DNA from: Dudresnaya verticillata
Taxonomy: Eukaryota
Length of the DNA stretch: 64,000 nucleotides
Assembly: GCA_977862235.1 (NCBI GenBank)
Contig: OZ374557.1
Span: 3,596,001-3,660,000, forward strand
Reading direction: 5' to 3'
The notes beneath the pieces are model-generated. The model was not told the DNA's origin, did no database searches, and saw only the letters and a list, made by a program, of their open reading frames with translations. A program made the position numbers and the translations under genes. Shown in pieces: positions 37,501-50,929 of the stretch. Within the stretch, counting starts at the first letter, position 1; each line of letters begins with the position of its first letter.

Positions 37501-38750
37501 ACGCGACGCGTTCGCTCATTGCCATGTCCGCAAATGTGAAATCGATTCCATCACTGGCGACACCGATAAGAACCTCTTCCTTAGGAAATGCATCAGCACT
37601 ACTGCACTTCTCTTCGCGTTGCCGATTCTCAAAGGCAGACGTGCTTGCATCCACACTAAACCGTTTGGGATCATCCAAGACCTCCAGAACCTTCTCCGAG
37701 ATAGAGCCGTACGCGTCTTGTAGAAATCGTTCCAGTCCGCGTAGGATGTGCTTAATGGGCTTCCCTGGACTTGTTCGGGAAGTCTGAGCGGCGAAGATTC
37801 CAGAGTGTCGGCATCGGAAAGGTCGATGTCGCAACGAGCAGGGCGTGGCTCCGTCAAGTGACCTTTCACCGACTGCCTCTTGTACTCGGTGTCGGCACGC
37901 CTTTCATGCATCTCCTGTCGCGTTTCGGTAACGGGGGATGCTTTAGAAGCGCGTGGGCTTGCGCGGACGGGGCGACGATTGCCGCTACGCGGGGGCCGAG
38001 CTTGAGCGCGCTGGAACGCCTTCATCGTCCGTCGGCTGACAGGGCTTTTTACTTTCCCCGCCTGCCTAGCGTACTCAGTGTCTGCAATCCCTTCCTGCGT
38101 CTCCTCTCGCGTGTTGGTAGCTGCGGATGATCTAGAAGCGGGCTGGCTTGCGCGGACGGGGAGACGTTTGTCATTACGCAGGGACAGATCGTCGTGATTT
38201 TGGCCATCCCTGAGACCTTGAGAACGCTTGAGCACCTTCCTTGCCAGTGGACCGGCAGGGCTTTCTTCGTTACCAGGCCCCACTTCTACATCTAGGTCGC
38301 GGTGAAAGTATTCTGTTGCAGCAGCATCCGAATTTATTCTTCTCTTGGTTCGTCGAGAACCCGACTGCTCCGCAGTATCGTAGGTATTGAATGACCGCTT
38401 CTGGTCCGAGGCCTCGTCGGCCGCCTCGGCGTCCCCCAGGCTTCGTCGACTTATTCGTCTCTTCTTCATTCTTCTTCAGCGGCTGCGCGGTAGTCTTCTG
38501 CGCTGTCTCGTTTGCGCACGCTGGGTAAATAGGGTCGATGAGTCAAAACGTCTGCTGACCGGATGTGCGTGTTGTATCTGCAACAGGAAGGGCGGTAGGT
38601 GGCGCGGTTCGCGATGCAGGCAATGGAGGAGTGTCTAGCATGGGAGATGGGAACAGAATTATGCTCATGCGCGCGGTCACCGCGGTGAGGAAATTCTCGA
38701 CGCTACTCGCTACGAACGACGGTTGAGAACTGATACTTCGGGTGCGCACC
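34573..38750 (-). pseudogene. Long decayed gene with C-terminal 2OG-Fe(II) dioxygenase-like (DSBH) domain
   Basis: Chain of minus-strand ORFs ending in CHTDF (35202-35216) .. IRVWPGS .. VPPYSPLVFSGDVAHAGA (about 34930-34985), an HxD...H pattern. The 5' boundary is uncertain. Confidence 0.55.
36271..36378. repeat. 48-bp in-frame tandem repeat (KGSDGSSGDEEVVDES)
   Basis: CTTCATCACCACTTGAGCCATCAGAACCTTT occurs twice with 48-bp spacing. Confidence 0.85.
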
Positions 38751-39899
38751 TGAACTCAGAAAACCGTGTGTACACCTTGCAATGTATTGCGACACGCTTG
38801 AAAACCGCGCGGGTTTTCGTCGGCATCGAAATGGGCCCGAACGTCGGCGCGAGAAGGCCGCAGGAAGAAACCCCATTTTCTTGGTCAAGAAAGCAGCGTT
38901 GAGACTTTGCAGGCTTGGTTGATAGTCACCAGATGAGAGCGGAAAGAAACCCTTTTTTGCCCTTATCGTGTCAGCTTCGCACGCTCGCAAGCAGCAAGTC
39001 GTGCTGTGCAGGATCATGCCATTAACAGACAAATCCCAGTACATGCAAGGACGGGAGTGCTGCAATGTTTAATGGACGTTCAGACTGGCCATTGCAAATT
39101 CCGTAAATACAATAATATTACTGGGCCAAACAGTTGGAATAATTCCTCCTAAAAGGACAGGATTCAGCTCTGCACCGTATGTACAATAACACGGCGCCGA
39201 GTAGTGCGGACTGTTATGGTGTGCAGCAACCCTTTGAACGCCCAGGTGTGTTTAGAAATTTGTGCCCATCCCAATGGTGATATGTCTTTGTCCTTTCACG
39301 CCCGTGATGCATGGAGGAATGCATGAACGCATGCAGTTGTTCATGATTTGACTGTAGACAGTCATCTTGCGGCTGTGCGCCTGTCGCGACAACGGAAATG
39401 TCTTGAAATGTATACATGTACAAACGTGTACGTTAACTGCGAAGCGGTTGGAAAGAATCTATTGCATTGAATGTCCTAGTAGACCTGTGTAGAACGATCG
39501 TTCAAAGCGCTCCACTACTCCGCAGTATACGTATAGTATACGCTCGCTTGAGCAAAGAGGTGTCACTGCCTGCAGTACCATAGTTGCGCCATCAAACGTT
39601 TTCGGGTGGCATCTAGATGAAAGAAGGAGCCACCTTTATTTTGTTTTCCCATTTCGACGAAAGGACGCCGTTTCAATGGTACGTATCTATTGTACCAATT
39701 TACAATAGGGAAAGGACGTATGTCCTAAGTCGGAAAGGACATCCGATATGGTAACGAACAGACAAGTCCTTGCCCTATCGAAGATTGGGTACCCCTTTGA
39801 CAAGGCTCTCAAGCGTTGACGTGCTAGCTCGCGTGAACGCGGCCACCAAACGCGACATGAAAGGTCGGACCACCGATATTTCGTTTTCTGCCGAAAAGA

Positions 39900-40215
39900 A
39901 TTTTACCCTTTCATCAGAATCATGATTGTATTGTCGTTTCATCATTATTCGTCCTTTCATCAGAATCAGGCATGATTTGTCCTTTCATCAGAATCGTCCT
40001 TTCATCAGAATCATGACTCTATTGTATTTTCATCATTATTTGTCCTTTCATCATTATTTGTCTTTTCATCAGAATTGTCACAAGAATCATGCATGACTTT
40101 TCCTTTCATCAGAATCATGCATGATTTTGACCCTTCATCAGCTCCTGTCCTTTCCTCAGACGCATGTCCGATTCTGTCCTTTCAACAGACTCATGCTTGC
40201 ATGCGTCTGATGAAA
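39900..40215. repeat. Irregular minisatellite of (TC)CTTTCATCA(GAATC/TTATT)
   Basis: About 9-10 copies of TTTCATCA visible between 39905 and 40140. Confidence 0.85.
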
Positions 40216-40557
40216 GGAGAAATATCCGATAGGGAAAGCAGGGTCAGGGGACAAATGCCTGGCAAGCAAAGCCCAATCCCGGGAAACGGATCCCTTTGAG
40301 TCGACTCGTATTTTACTAGCAGCAGTACGAAAGGATTTCAAAAAACCTTCTAGACCGTGTTTGGTCAATATCAAGTTGCCTTACGACATCAACAGTAAAG
40401 ACGTATCTCCAGGATGCTCTTCAGGAAAGAATCTGAGATTTTATTAGGGTCTAATGCAAGATGTCTTGAAAATGGTTACTATATCCAGAATCGACCCGTA
40501 AAATAGGTTTCTGTACACGTTTTACATCTATGCATGCATGGCATAGCATTCTGCTAT

Positions 40558-43500
40558 TTACAGAGTGAGAATTCGAGTATCTAGTCTAGTCTCTTCTGAT
40601 GTTTTCGTCTCGAAGGCGATATTGAACAACATCCTTTCCGTCCTTCTCGGAGAACCATGGATACTGATATAAACGCCCCCTTGTCGAGTGAGGGCCACTT
40701 CGGGCAAGAACATTGAGGCGCAAACCTGGGTCCGTAGAAGGAAGGAACAGGCTCTTCGGATATAATGTTGCATTTCTTTCAACGGCTAGGGAGTACTGAT
40801 GCGCAGGATCCAAACCATGTGCCATTCCCATTTCCGATGAGCTTGGTTCCATGATCGTGAGATCGCCCCGCATGACCATTATGCTGTAGGGGATTGTTAG
40901 CAGTCTTGACGGAACGCAAGCCAAAATAACTGACCTCCTCTTCTCGCACCTCGCACCTAGTATTTCTGTATATAGAATACCCTGACCATACGTGTAGTAC
41001 CGTAGGTTTCCGCCCGGTGAATTTCACGATGATATTCGAGATATGGGTCCCTTCTCCGAATACCGGCAATGGAGCTTGTCGATAGTAACCCGTGTCCGGG
41101 GATCAGCCTGGAGGCGGTGGAAAAACTTCATGTGAGCAAAGGTTCTCATGAATGACGCCCCCACTGCGACCAGATGAAATCCGTTCAAAAGGCATCTGTA
41201 GCGGAACGTCGTCGAACTGAAGGCCAAGACTGACTAGGAAGGAGGCTATGAATGTGTCCACGAAAACGTTTTCCCTGAATGCTTTCTCAGCGGTGTGTGG
41301 CGTAACCTCTCCTTCAATATCATTCGGGCCCAAGACCAAAGCTGTACCGGTCGAAGAACTATATCTTCGCATGCTCAATTCCGTTCCGGCCGCAAACCAA
41401 AGGTTTGAGCTCTTGAACCAAACATTTCTCTTGGCCGTATCGTTGTTCTTCTCCCAATCCTTGGCACAGGAAACCTCCACACCGTCTCGCTCATACATCA
41501 TCTGATTCCACGGGTGCTTTAGACCCAACGCGACTGAATTCTGAAAACCCCGACGAGCCTGGCGCGGACCGGGTACTTCTGCAAGATTGAAGGCGGAGAG
41601 CATGAAAGCCATAGATTCGTCCATTTTTGACTCCAACCCGTCTCCAGCGCCTCGAGAAAGCGCACCAGCGTCAACAACGTACCCATCGCCTTATAGACGT
41701 TCTGAAAACACGCGAAAATGAAATCTACTGCTTTGCATTCCCTCATCAACGTGAGAACCAATTACGCGAGTTCCAGCAACATTCCTCAAACCGATGTCTT
41801 TCTTTCTTCCTGCAAACATCAAGACCATGCTTATCTGAGCGAAATCGAACCACTCCAGGTAGAAATAATACCTTGAAACCCGATGAATTCCGATTGGCAA
41901 GATTTCGATACCGTCGACCATTTGCTCATGAATGTTGAAGACTGTCCTCTCTGACATGAGTGGCGTACGACGCTTACCAGTTTCTTCCAATTCTCCGACC
42001 TGAACAGCACGGAGGGGCCTGGGATACTCAATACGCGGAAAATACTCCACGAAGTTCAGTCCAGCATCTCAAGAGAGCGCCATGCCGGGATCTTTATCTT
42101 CCCCACTTCTTTTCCTATATGTTGAGAGAGGATTAGAACGCATATCTCCGCCAAACGTCTCTTGGAACACCTGCTTCTCAGTGTTTCTGTCGTCTCCAGG
42201 CAACTCCGCTTGATCAGCATCCTGAAGGTGTTTGTCACGAAGGGATTTCTGCTGTGTTGTGGCAGGCTGAGGGGATCCTGACCTTTCGTGCCTATCCACC
42301 TGCTTACCGACATATAAGCACGAGAAATCGCCATCATCAGAATCATTATCGGATTGCTCGATTTCCGAACCTTGCACAGAAAGGTCCAGATCCGGCAAGA
42401 CTTCAGCACTTCCAGAACTTCCAGGAGGAACATTTTGCTCTGTCGGTGAAGGGGAAACGGGGGTTTCATCACCGTGATGCCCTCCCTCATCCTGTCGTAA
42501 GCCATGGACATCCTGGCGCGTGCCATCGGAGCGCTCTGAGTCCCTCACCGCCGTACGGAGTGAGATGTCGTCTTGATCCTTTTGAAGAGGTGAGACATCG
42601 AAGAGCTCCATAGAGTTCTCGTCTGGCGTGTCGACGCGTGACACGCGTGTACTCGGAATACGTGGTCTGGGTACATTTTGCGGAGGATCGCAGTAATGCG
42701 CCTTTCAATATCGCGAGACTGCTCGTCCGATGATGATAACGGGGCTTCGAGGCAATCAATAGACTCTTGCGTATCTAGCGGAAACGCACGCACGGCGACA
42801 TTCCGCCCTTTCGCTGGTGCGTCTCTGCAACTCTGCGTAATCTTTCGGTACCATCGTTTTCATAGCACGAGTTTTCCTGCCTCCACGTCCTTTCTTCTTG
42901 GCGTTCAGCTGTGACAGAGGCAATAGTTTCTGCTGCTCGTCCAATGACATCCTTTCGATTGTCCGCCTCATTCCTACGGAACTTTTCGCGGCTTCCTGTC
43001 TTACCCTCGCCCAAACTTCACTTGCAGGTTTTGGAGTATCCTTTCTGGCGGGACTCGGGGGATAGGGACCCGTATCCTAATCATGATTCCTAGCGTCGAC
43101 CATGACTTTCCTTCTCTTTCGACTCCAAGGACTCGATGCGCCCTTCACGGCTTCATCGTCTGATTGCAGTCTGATTGCAACTGCGTAGTTTTAGTCTTCT
43201 CGTCATCAACGTCTCTCTGACTGACGAGCCTCGTGCGAGGCTTGCGCCTTGACTTGGGACAACGATATGATTGTGAAGGTTGATCTTTCCTATTCACAGT
43301 TTGTGCAGCAGGCAGAAGAGATATCTCTTTCCTCGCCTCAATCCCATCGCTGGAATCAGAACGTTCACCAACATCCACGGAAATAGTGCTTGAACTACCT
43401 CTCGCCAGTTCTGATTCGTCCGTCCTTTCATCCTTTCCTCTAGCTGCATGTGGATCAGCTGATCCATCGGTACCCCGCCAAGCAGTAGTTCCAGTAGGGA

Positions 43501-44995
43501 TACCCGCGGTAGGCGTGACGCGACGCTGAGTTACGTTCTCAATATATGATCTTGGAATACGAATTCGTGGGAAATTTTTCTTGGGTGTGTTTGAAGTGCG
43601 AGGACGGTGGCCACTTTCAATAAGAGGTTCCGTGTTAAATACGTGTCCTTTCCCATCCTTTCTCCCAAATAGGTGTCCTAGACATAAACCTTGCCGACCT
43701 GCTTCTGTGACCTCATGACCCTTGCCTGCACCACGTCTTTTACCGGATACATTCCCTCTTTTCCCTCCTCCTTCTCCGAACTGATCCTCATTCCCGCCAA
43801 ACTCCTTGGAAGTTTTCAATCCGGACCTCACTCCGCCGTCCCGTTTCATGGAGCCGGAGATGATGCGCAGCAACACCGCGTCGTGTGCCGACCACTCGGA
43901 GTTGCCGTTGTCTATGCCTGGTGACGAATGAAAGTGGGTGCTGAGTTCATCGATAGCTCTCCTCTGCAACAGCTTGTACTCTTTCAGCGATCCAAGTGCA
44001 TTAGCAGTGGTTTCCAGACTACCGCGACGATCGTTTGAGCCACTGGTCGCTTGCGAGAATTTCAGAGACTTACTAATCTCCGCAAGGATGCCGAGAATGT
44101 CACCATCGGTACGTTCCTTTCCAATTTCAAACCGTCCTCTCACCCAGATGCGGTTGCATGCATCGCTTTTTCCTTGCAGCATTCCATCAGCATACTTGAT
44201 CAGTGCCCTAATGCTGGAAACGAACCATCGGACAAAGGATGCCTGCCACTCCTTCTTGCGATTCTCCGACCTCTCCAGCATGCACCTGGATGATGTTGCG
44301 AACAAAACAGCTGCCTTCTCCACGCATCCGCAATCATGGAAGTCGTGGCTCTTGAAACGTTCGTATACAATCTCAAATCCATCATTGCATTCAACCAAGC
44401 AAATGTAGATATCAAAGGCGCGCTTCATCTCTTCCCCGGTCAGGGAATGATCCATATCGACGTAGATACTTTTCTTGGTACGTGAGGCCTTGTGAAAACC
44501 GAGATCCACTTCGGTTCCTGCAACGAGGTCCTGAATCTGACCGACTTCTCGTTCGAACAAATCGTAAAGCTTGGTGCTGCTCTCCAACTTGTCTCTGAAA
44601 GACCGCACGTTCTGCGAATGAAGAAAGTCACGCAACATCCGAACCAAAAAGAGCTTCATGGCATTGCCACGCTGAGTTCGTTTCATCGCGGCGCTCCGTC
44701 GGACCTTAGCGTGCAAGGACGGCCCTTGAGCACTGTACACAGAGTTTAAACTCTTGAAAATGAAAGGTCGACGTGTCTTCTCGGATCTTGAACCTTTCCA
44801 GTGAATTGAAATGTCTCCGCGGCAAGGCGAATTGACGTGCAGTACGTCTTCTTGGACCTTGAAGTTTCGCAGCGAATTGAAATGCCCCTGCGGAGAGGCG
44901 AGACGCGCGCGTGTGTCGGTGAGCGGGCGTGCTAGCGTAAGCTTACGGCGCCGTAGGGAAGATAGCTGGTACCAGTAATTGCACGATGACCTCAT
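40558..44995 (-). pseudogene. Second long decayed gene; its C-terminus resembles the DSBH-like domain at 34.9-35.2 kb
   Basis: A 616-aa ORF (43145-44995) plus downstream fragments ending SHEVFPPPPG .. LHVWSGY .. IPYSIMVMRGDL. May be more than one gene. Confidence 0.45.
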
Positions 44996-46168
44996 CCGCG
45001 TAACAGCAGCACTACGTGAGGTATTATGCGCTCAAAACGTGAGTTGACTCGGTGGACAAACTTGCACGCGCGCGCGAGCGATGCAACAAAAGCTCCGCTC
45101 GAGCGCGGAGCGGTGACCTTACGGATAAAGCGTTATGCTCAGTAGTGCAGGCACGTGCCAGTACTGGTTGAGAGTCACCCGTACTGCAGTGGCACTGCTG
45201 TTCGGGGTAATGGTGAGGAGGAAAGGTTGAGTGTTTCGCTGCCGATTGTGCGCTTTTGGATCCACTGGCAGGCTGGTTCCAGGTTTCTCAGCGATTTCTC
45301 GAGAAAACATCGGAGCCTGTGGAGCGCACATTGTAGTGTCACACTACTCGGAAAACGACGACACGCACTGCGCACAGAGTCGCGGTTGTCGCGGGGAACC
45401 CCAAGTGGGACCCGCATTGAAATTACCAAAAGTCACTCCAGTAAGAACTGCGTGCTTGTCCCACTGAATCTCCACGATTCAAGCACTCAGCCATGTTTTG
45501 TAAGTTTTCAGATATAATTTGCGTGCCACGTATTCGTTATCGATATGCGTGGAACAGTCTTCATGCGCACCACAACCTTGTTACAAATCATATGCTGATA
45601 TGACCCTATATGTCGGGCCCAACAGGCCCGCGCCCATGCATGCCTTGCATGCAATGGGAACCGGAACGGCTAGGCGGTGTACAGGGGTCGTTGCCAATCT
45701 GCCAATCCGTAATGCATTCTGGCAGTCAAGTACTGCTGGCCTCATGTATACGACACTCACAACTTCCCTCCTCTCCATCGACTAATAGATTTATAATGCT
45801 TGTTCAATTGCTTTGTGCGCACCAGGTGGTGAACAGGAAGGACGCTCGGATATTGTAGCTGATTTATGCTACAGTAGCTGATCAGCTACTGTAGCAGAAC
45901 TCGAGCCCAGGCCCATTGGCATGGCTGCTATTGCTATACTGTCACATGCACGTAACCTTACTGGACGTTTGGTTGCATGCCACCTGCAGGTCGGGTTGTC
46001 AGGGTTGTCGGGCCACTGAAGCGGCTGCCGGCAATTTACATTGGGGAAAGCACCCATTCGTTTAGAGACATGCCACGGAAGGCCGGTTGTTTGGACGATG
46101 GATTGTCGCACGGGTGAGTGGGTACCTATGGTAGTTTCTGTACAGAAACACGTGTTTGGGAAGCCCAT

Positions 46169-46206
46169 GGAGGTCGCATCCTTTCTCGAGAAAGGATGCG
46201 ATCTCC
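46169..46206. repeat. 28-bp perfect palindrome TCGCATCCTTTCTCGAGAAAGGATGCGA (38 bp with one mismatch)
   Basis: Direct inspection; perfect core at 46174-46201. Confidence 0.95.
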
Positions 46207-48430
46207 GCTGCAATGTATATGTACATATTGTCTGTATCTATTTGTACATATAGAGCTCTACAATTTTCGTGGGAAGGTGACAAATATGCAAGGTTGACAC
46301 CACAAGGAATCATGTGCGCTCGTGCATTACGCCCTTTCCTTCCCGTGCTCAACAAGAAACAGAATTATGCAGTTAACGGCTGCAGGGAAATTTCTGAAAT
46401 GTTGTACAACCCGTGCTGTATGTGCTCTCAGATCTCAGCCCGAGTTCGAAATCAAGCTGAAGGATCTTTCGTATAAAGTCTTCAAGAATGTGATGTGTAA
46501 AGTGATGCATCATGCATGCCCTTTCATCCTTTCCCAGCGGATGACCGGCATGAATCTTTCATCCAGTCAACGTACGTTAACGGAAATATCTTAGTAATTA
46601 TCGCGGGGATCATGGAATACTTGTCCTTTTATATCTTATCCGAGTCCATGGACGCTGAAAGGATGAGAATTGAACATGCTGAATTCAGCTTGTTAACAAG
46701 TTTACTTCTCATCCTTTCAGCGTTCAGCATATGCTTACCGCTAACATATGTTCGATTCTCATCCTTTCAGTGTCCATTACATTGAATGCATTCAAATCCA
46801 TGGATGAGAGAATCAATCGACGAGACCTTCATGAAGCAATTGTAGTTGAAAGGATGAATGTGTGGTCACGTATCCTTGCATAATATCAATATTGATGGTG
46901 GATCCACCATCACTAGTTACTTAATTATACTTAAGTGTTTCCATTCCCTAAATGATCATGCCGACAAAAAGCATATCGTGGAATTGTCAAATGAGTTCGA
47001 ACTCATAAAAATATTTATCCTTCCCACGAAAAGGAAAGGTTACTCCTTTCCAATGATTTACACGAAAAGGAGGAAGGATGTAACGTTTCGGTTTCTTGGA
47101 AAGGATATGAGTATAAATAACTATACTATATATCGTTTCCATGGAGACAAGAAAATGAGTGCACATTGTCGCCTTTATAAGCATACTCATAGTCACACCA
47201 GAACTATTTTGGCATTAATGCCACGGCCGATTGCTGTCAAGACAATAGTGTAGCACATGCTATATAGCCATTATTGCCATTGCCCTTGCTGAAATGCAAT
47301 TTACCGGTAATGTGGCCGGTCCGTTCGGTTGAAGACGACACATGTGCAGATATAGACTATGAAGATAGAGGAGCTACTGACATAGAAACGTTTCTGACAA
47401 CCCACTACCGTTATGTATTTCGCAACCATGCTTACACCGATAGGTGCGATCCCGGGGGCTGACTGTCATGGTGCCTCCTTTCGCTGCAGAACGAAAGGAA
47501 GTAATGTTACGTGTTTACGTTTTTGCAAGGGCAACAGCCTAGCAATCTGGAATTACCCACGCCGGTGTTAACAATTCTGCCTGCTGTTTGATAGGTGGTG
47601 GTGAAACGCATGAGTATGAACCATATTTTCTACCACACCGAGTTGAAAGGTCTTGCGTTCAGATACTGCGATCAAGGAGACGGGTTGCCGTACCGTTCCT
47701 AGAAACAGCTGTTCATCCCTCCACTAGCTTCTCTGAATATTTCTGAGGAAAGGTTGAGGGCAAGACCCAACCTACGACCGATCGCACTCTCACTGATCCT
47801 TTCGTAATGGATGGAATGTTGAATATGCCCCATTTCATGCCTGGAAACGAACTGTCGGAGGTATTTTCAATACTTAATGGTCGCGAATGGTTTCGTCTAG
47901 GTGATAAGATACCCGACGATGTCCTTTCCTGCTTGCTGCCCGAAATTGAACGCCTCTTCGGTGTGAAGGTGCTCTCCGCTCTTCGTAACAGATGCAAAAC
48001 AATACTTCTCTTTTCTGGCCCTGCAGCAATGAGAACTGCTTTGGCCTTGTACCGTTCTGCTTCTGTTTTCCGTTTGAAAGGGTGGTTCTTATTCGCATGT
48101 GGGAAAAGGAGGTTATACAATGTTTCCGTGCTGAAAAGACATGTGGCCTTACTTGGGGAGAAAACAAGAACGGGCCGGTACGCCGATCTGCATTGAAAGG
48201 TTTCGTTCGTGACTTTGCTCAGATTGATCCGTCAGGGAGAAGATGCATTCTCACAATTTCTATTCCTCTCATGGGGATACTGTCTATACTTTAGGACATC
48301 AGAACTGTGCAACAGGAAGTTGAATCGTATGGGGGTAAACGTAACAGAAAGATGGACCAGAAGAAGTCCGTTCTTGATTCCCTACACTTCAGGGAGACTG
48401 TCTGGGGAGTAATTGCCCTGTGCAGCTCAT

Positions 48431-50560
48431 CTACGACAGAAAACCTAACGGACCGCTTTCCTGCTCATAGCTACGTCCGGACCTTACACATTGGAAGTCT
48501 GCAAAATGTCTTGCCGAAAATGTGCAGAGAATGAGTGCAAGATCCAAATGTGCAGTTATTGCCTTATGAAGAGAAGCTATGTAGTCGTATCCATCGTTTT
48601 TGTTAAGTTCCGCTGCCCTCTTCTTTCCATCAACTTTAGATTTCGGCCCGTACCACAATCGAGGCACAAGGACAGCAAAAGACTGAACAACTGCAATTAC
48701 AAGGTTTCATTTTCGGGAAAGGCAGAATCCGCCACTGAACATGCTATCTGCAGATCATGGTCTCCATTGCTCAACGTGTTAGTATCCGGAAACGTTTGTA
48801 TCTCGGAAGGAGACAATGCATCTGCCTCAATACTCTCCCTGCATAGAATGTTGAGGGCAAACGGTGCGACGCACAAAAGGGCATAAGGGTCACTCATCTT
48901 CATGGAATGAAGACTGATATGAGAGGCCTTTTCGTGGTCGTATATCCTGTTCTGAAATGGGAGTCGCAGTTCCTTCATGATTGCAATGCAGTACACATCA
49001 AACGTTCTTCGCTGGGCACGAGATAGTAGCACCATTACACAGCTAATACAATCCTTTGCATGGCCTGTGAGAAGATGGTCAGGAGCAATGAGAATTCCGT
49101 GGTACGGGTTCAACTGGCCTGGAACAACGGGGATGCCGTATTCGGTTATTTGTATGCAGTACTGAATGCGTGAAAATGCTTCATCCAGTTTGTGAATCGG
49201 ATAGTAACCTTCCTTTCCTACTGCACTGATCCCCATTAACAATTTGTTGCCTCATTGCGTTGTCTGTACATTTTCCCGGATAGATACATGCCTCCTGTGG
49301 CTTAGACGTCAGGTCGAACTGACGTCTAGCGTGGCTGGTCTCGTAGTCGCACCCAGACCCGTCGAAGGGTGGTAGCGGTGGTGGTAGAGCGGTGGTGTCG
49401 GCCGCGCGTGCCATCGATGGTCGCGGATCAACAGCGTCGAAGCCTGAGCGCGCACGGGGCGTACTGTACGCGGGCGGCAGCGGCCGGATCCCTGCGTCCC
49501 CGTCGTGGGGCGGCACGAAGCCGACGGTAGGGAAAGGAAAAGGAAAGCCTAGGCGGCTAGGGAAAGAGGGGAAGCCGTAGGGTGAAGGACTGCGAAAGAA
49601 ACCCAAAACAGAAAGGGGCAAGCCTGGCGTAGGCTGGCTTGCCTGGTTGACTCAAGCCCAGAGGGGCGACTACTAGATATACTACAGGGCCTGCGGCGGA
49701 ACGAACCCGGGAGCTGCGCCGGCGCGCCCCAACACGCGTCGACGCGTACGGGTAACGGTAACCCGGGGGCGCGTGTGGGAGAAATGGTCCACACGTACTC
49801 AACGGCTCGACGCCGGAGTGCGCGCGCGCGTGTCACGCACTCAACGGCTCTGCGCCGGAGTGCGTGCGCACGGCGCGCAGCACAGCAGGGCGTTCTACCG
49901 CCGCTTACACTAGACGGTGCTGTACACTACACAACAATAAACATAGACATTACATGGGAGTTTCAGTGTCATACGCGTACACGTGCACGCGCGGGCGCCA
50001 CTGCGCACTTCCTTACAGTTCAGCGGGGCTTCGGCGCCACCGGCTGACAGCGTGCGCACAGCAGTGAACACGTGGCGCAGGTGGTCTTACAGCTGCGCGT
50101 GCGTGGCACAGCTGGTCTTACAGCTATACCACACCTCCTATGATACCTCTGCGCATGCTACATCCCTCCATGAACACTGATTTGAAGGCAACGAGAGTTC
50201 ACAGGGGACACAGCTCCCGCTTCTCCTTCTCAGACGTTACACGTGTACCCAGACGAACGAACTTACAGAGATAACAGCAAGAATCTGCATTATTACCGCG
50301 GACATCCGGAACCTTGTTTGCTGCGGGAGTATCGGCAACAATACCGACGAGATCGAGAAACATTTTGATCCCTTCCCCAGCAGCGTCGTAGTCTTCGAAG
50401 CCTTCTCTCATCCCCTTCACTAAGCCCTCTTGCAATTTCAATAAAACGTTATCGGCCGTGACACCAGGAGGGACCAGACTTAGGATGCGAACAGCTGAAC
50501 TCCCTAGTAGAATCATAGGTGTCAATTTCAGTACTGACAGAGGGCTCATAGAGTCCAAAA
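48431..50560 (-). pseudogene. CACTA/EnSpm- or Plavaka-like transposase fragment interrupted by a solo LTR
   Basis: RILSLVPPGV..FLDLVGIVADTPA..GNNADSCCYLC..APDHLLTG. The frame continues QRYHRR|HVSIRE across the LTR insertion. The superfamily call is from motif recall only. Confidence 0.6.
49296..50133 (-). mobile_element. Solo LTR (838 bp) related to element B LTRs
   Basis: TGTGG..CCACA ends, TSD CCTCC (49291-49295 and 50134-50138); shares blocks such as GGCAGCGGCCGGATCCC and GGGCGGCACGAAGCCGACGG with the element B LTR. Confidence 0.95.
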
Positions 50561-50929
50561 GGGGCTAATAGAGTGCCGCCTGAGTGTTCAATTAACGATT
50601 TCTTTTGAGATAATTCTGCATTTAGGGGGGCGACGGGGTCTTGTTTTGTGGAAACGGGGGGTGAGAAATGCGTTTCTTGTGGCAAAGGGGGGTGGACAAG
50701 GGGCGATTTTGAGGAAGTAAAGGTGTGACATAGCTCTTTTTGCAAGCAGAAGCAGGGTGAATTTGTAAACAAGAACCCGACCGAGGCAAATATTGTAGCA
50801 GAGGTTGGGTGACAAAAGGCGACAAATGCATTTTTTATACTACTTCATGGGTGACAAGGTAATACTTAGTACTGACTATGTGGTAACTACGGCTACTGCG
50901 ACGGCCACTACTCGGCGGTATCCCCATAC

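Noticed and set aside
38840..38900. Ulp1 protease motif (DQENGVSSCG, minus strand)
   Set aside because: No upstream His/Asp motifs are recognisable and the frame has several stops.
47270..48430. Plus-strand coding remnants
   Set aside because: Fragmented with no recognisable motif; even the strand is ambiguous.
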